Part shown: one piece after another, positions 13,412-14,469 of the stretch
How positions within the stretch are numbered: the first letter of the stretch is position 1
Layout: every line of letters begins with the position of its first letter
Source of the DNA: Armatimonadota bacterium
GTDB lineage: Bacteria; Armatimonadota; Armatimonadia; Armatimonadales; Armatimonadaceae
Length of the DNA: 14,469 nucleotides
Assembly (NCBI GenBank): GCA_043754515.1
Contig: JAYUUO010000087.1
Span: 1 to 14,469, forward strand
Reading direction: 5' to 3'
Program-made: the position numbers and the translations under genes
The notes under the pieces: model-generated
Seen by the model: the letters and a program-made list of their open reading frames with translations, nothing else
Databases searched by the model: none
Told to the model about the DNA's origin: nothing

Positions 13412-14467
13412 CTATTCGACTTTCAATACTCGCCCGTTCGCGCCCGTGATCGTCCGCACTGACGTATTACTCGGAGTGGACGAAAAATCGCCGCGATTTT
13501 CGCGCAGTGCCGTCTTCTTCTGGTCTACTTGCCTCTGATACCACGCCGCTTGCTGTACCTTTTGGTCGCGCATCCCCTGATACTGTGCCCTCTCCGCGCC
13601 CGTGAGCGGTTGCATCGTGGTCGGGTTCGTGCCGCGCTGGAGCAGTCCGTCCAAACTGTTCGCGTCGTTGTTGGCGTCGTCGCGGGCCTTCGCCGCCTCG
13701 TTGATCCCGCCGGGGCCGAAGTAGGCGGCGTGTTTCGCCTGGTACATCTGCGCCGCCTTTACGCGTATGTCGGTTTTGTCGGCACGGTCCGTGGTCGCGG
13801 CCTGGCTCGCCGCTTGGGTCGCCGCCGTCTTGTCTTGCCCGCGCCTGGTCGCGTCTATCCCCGCCCGGCGCAGGGCGGCGTCGGTGGCGTCTCTTTTCTG
13901 CTGGCGGTACAGGTCTTGGGCTTTCACCTGGTCGGCGGGCGGCAGGGCGAACTGGGGTGTGTAGCCTGTCGAGCCGTCCGGGTTTTGCTTCGGCGTGCCC
14001 GGCACCGGCAGGAGTTGCGCGGGGTCGAGCGGGACGCCCGCGTCCGCCGCCGTCTGGTGTAGACTCTTGTTATAGGCGATGGCGTGGGCCGCCTGTACGG
14101 TCGTGGACAGGGCCGCGCGGCCTTTGCTTATGCCGGTTACGCTGGCCCCGGCGATGGCTTGCTGGGTGTCCGGCCCCGATGTGAGCAGTTTCGTGAGGGT
14201 CGCCTTCGCTGCCTGTGTTTTCTGCGCTAAGATCTGTTGCATCGTCGCGCTGGGCGGGAGTGCGGGGAGTTGCGTGGTCACGTTCGGCTCCCCGGTCACG
14301 TTGCCTTCCGCGTCCGTGGTCTTTGGGCCCAGCGTCGTGATGTTGACGCCGGGCGCGGGGAGGGTGACGTTCCTGTACCCGAGCCGCCCGACTGCTTCCG
14401 TGGTCGCGTCGCCGTACAGCTGGCCGTACATCTGGTCGTGATCCCGTAACCCGTCCAGCCTCTGGGG
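13412..14467 (-). CDS. Q/A/T-rich, partly coiled-coil protein, probable internal virion/ejection protein; may start outside the window
   Basis: The frame stays open upstream of ATG 14431 to the window edge (PQRLDGLRDHDQ-MYGQ...). Ends 9 bp before the giant gene. Function is inferred from composition and position. Confidence 0.7.
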   Translation of the reverse strand, partial: PQRLDGLRDHDQMYGQLYGDATTEAVGRLGYRNVTLPAPGVNITTLGPKTTDAEGNVTGEPNVTTQLPALPPSATMQQILAQKTQAAKATLTKLLTSGPDTQQAIAGASVTGISKGRAALSTTVQAAHAIAYNKSLHQTAADAGVPLDPAQLLPVPGTPKQNPDGSTGYTPQFALPPADQVKAQDLYRQQKRDATDAALRRAGIDATRRGQDKTAATQAASQAATTDRADKTDIRVKAAQMYQAKHAAYFGPGGINEAAKARDDANNDANSLDGLLQRGTNPTTMQPLTGAERAQYQGMRDQKVQQAAWYQRQVDQKKTALRENRGDFSSTPSNTSVRTITGANGRVLKVE

Positions 14468-14469
14468 GT

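Larger units (their letters stand above)
1..14469. mobile_element. Temperate bacteriophage segment, probably excised/attP form
   Basis: Integrase, tRNA-3'-half att core, divergent repressor/Cro-like switch with ImmA-like peptidase, CHAP lysin, giant virion-like protein and a chain of small coupled ORFs. No host housekeeping genes are visible. Confidence 0.92.

Noticed and set aside
6926..14449. Numerous long plus-strand ORFs (e.g. 6926..8173, 8244..9020, 11078..12085, 12216..12902)
   Set aside because: Antisense shadows of the two GC-rich minus-strand genes, with no recognisable motifs.

Overview
A GC-rich segment of a temperate phage, most likely in its excised or non-integrated configuration, because an attP-like tRNA-Glu(CTC) 3' half has phage genes on both sides. 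Left to right: (1) a leftward early operon of small, mostly translationally coupled ORFs, including a DUF3850/ASCH-like protein, Cys-rich proteins, an XRE HTH and a Cro-like HTH; (2) an AT-rich divergent promoter/operator region; (3) a rightward immunity module with an HTH repressor, an ImmA/IrrE-like HExxH peptidase and a membrane protein; (4) attP with 10-bp phased repeats; (5) a tyrosine integrase; (6) converging from the right, a late module with a partial Q/A-rich virion-like protein, a 2146-aa polyvalent protein (HExxH module, DdrB-like ParB module, TnsA-like PD-(D/E)xK nuclease) and a CHAP endolysin. The most unexpected signal is a dispersed palindrome, TCGC-S-GCGA with A/T-rich flanks, found six times across the modules and mostly just upstream of gene starts. 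Two copies extend into a 35-bp inverted repeat (34/35 identical) 8.7 kb apart, both inside coding sequence. All family assignments come from motifs recognised by eye; no searches were run.
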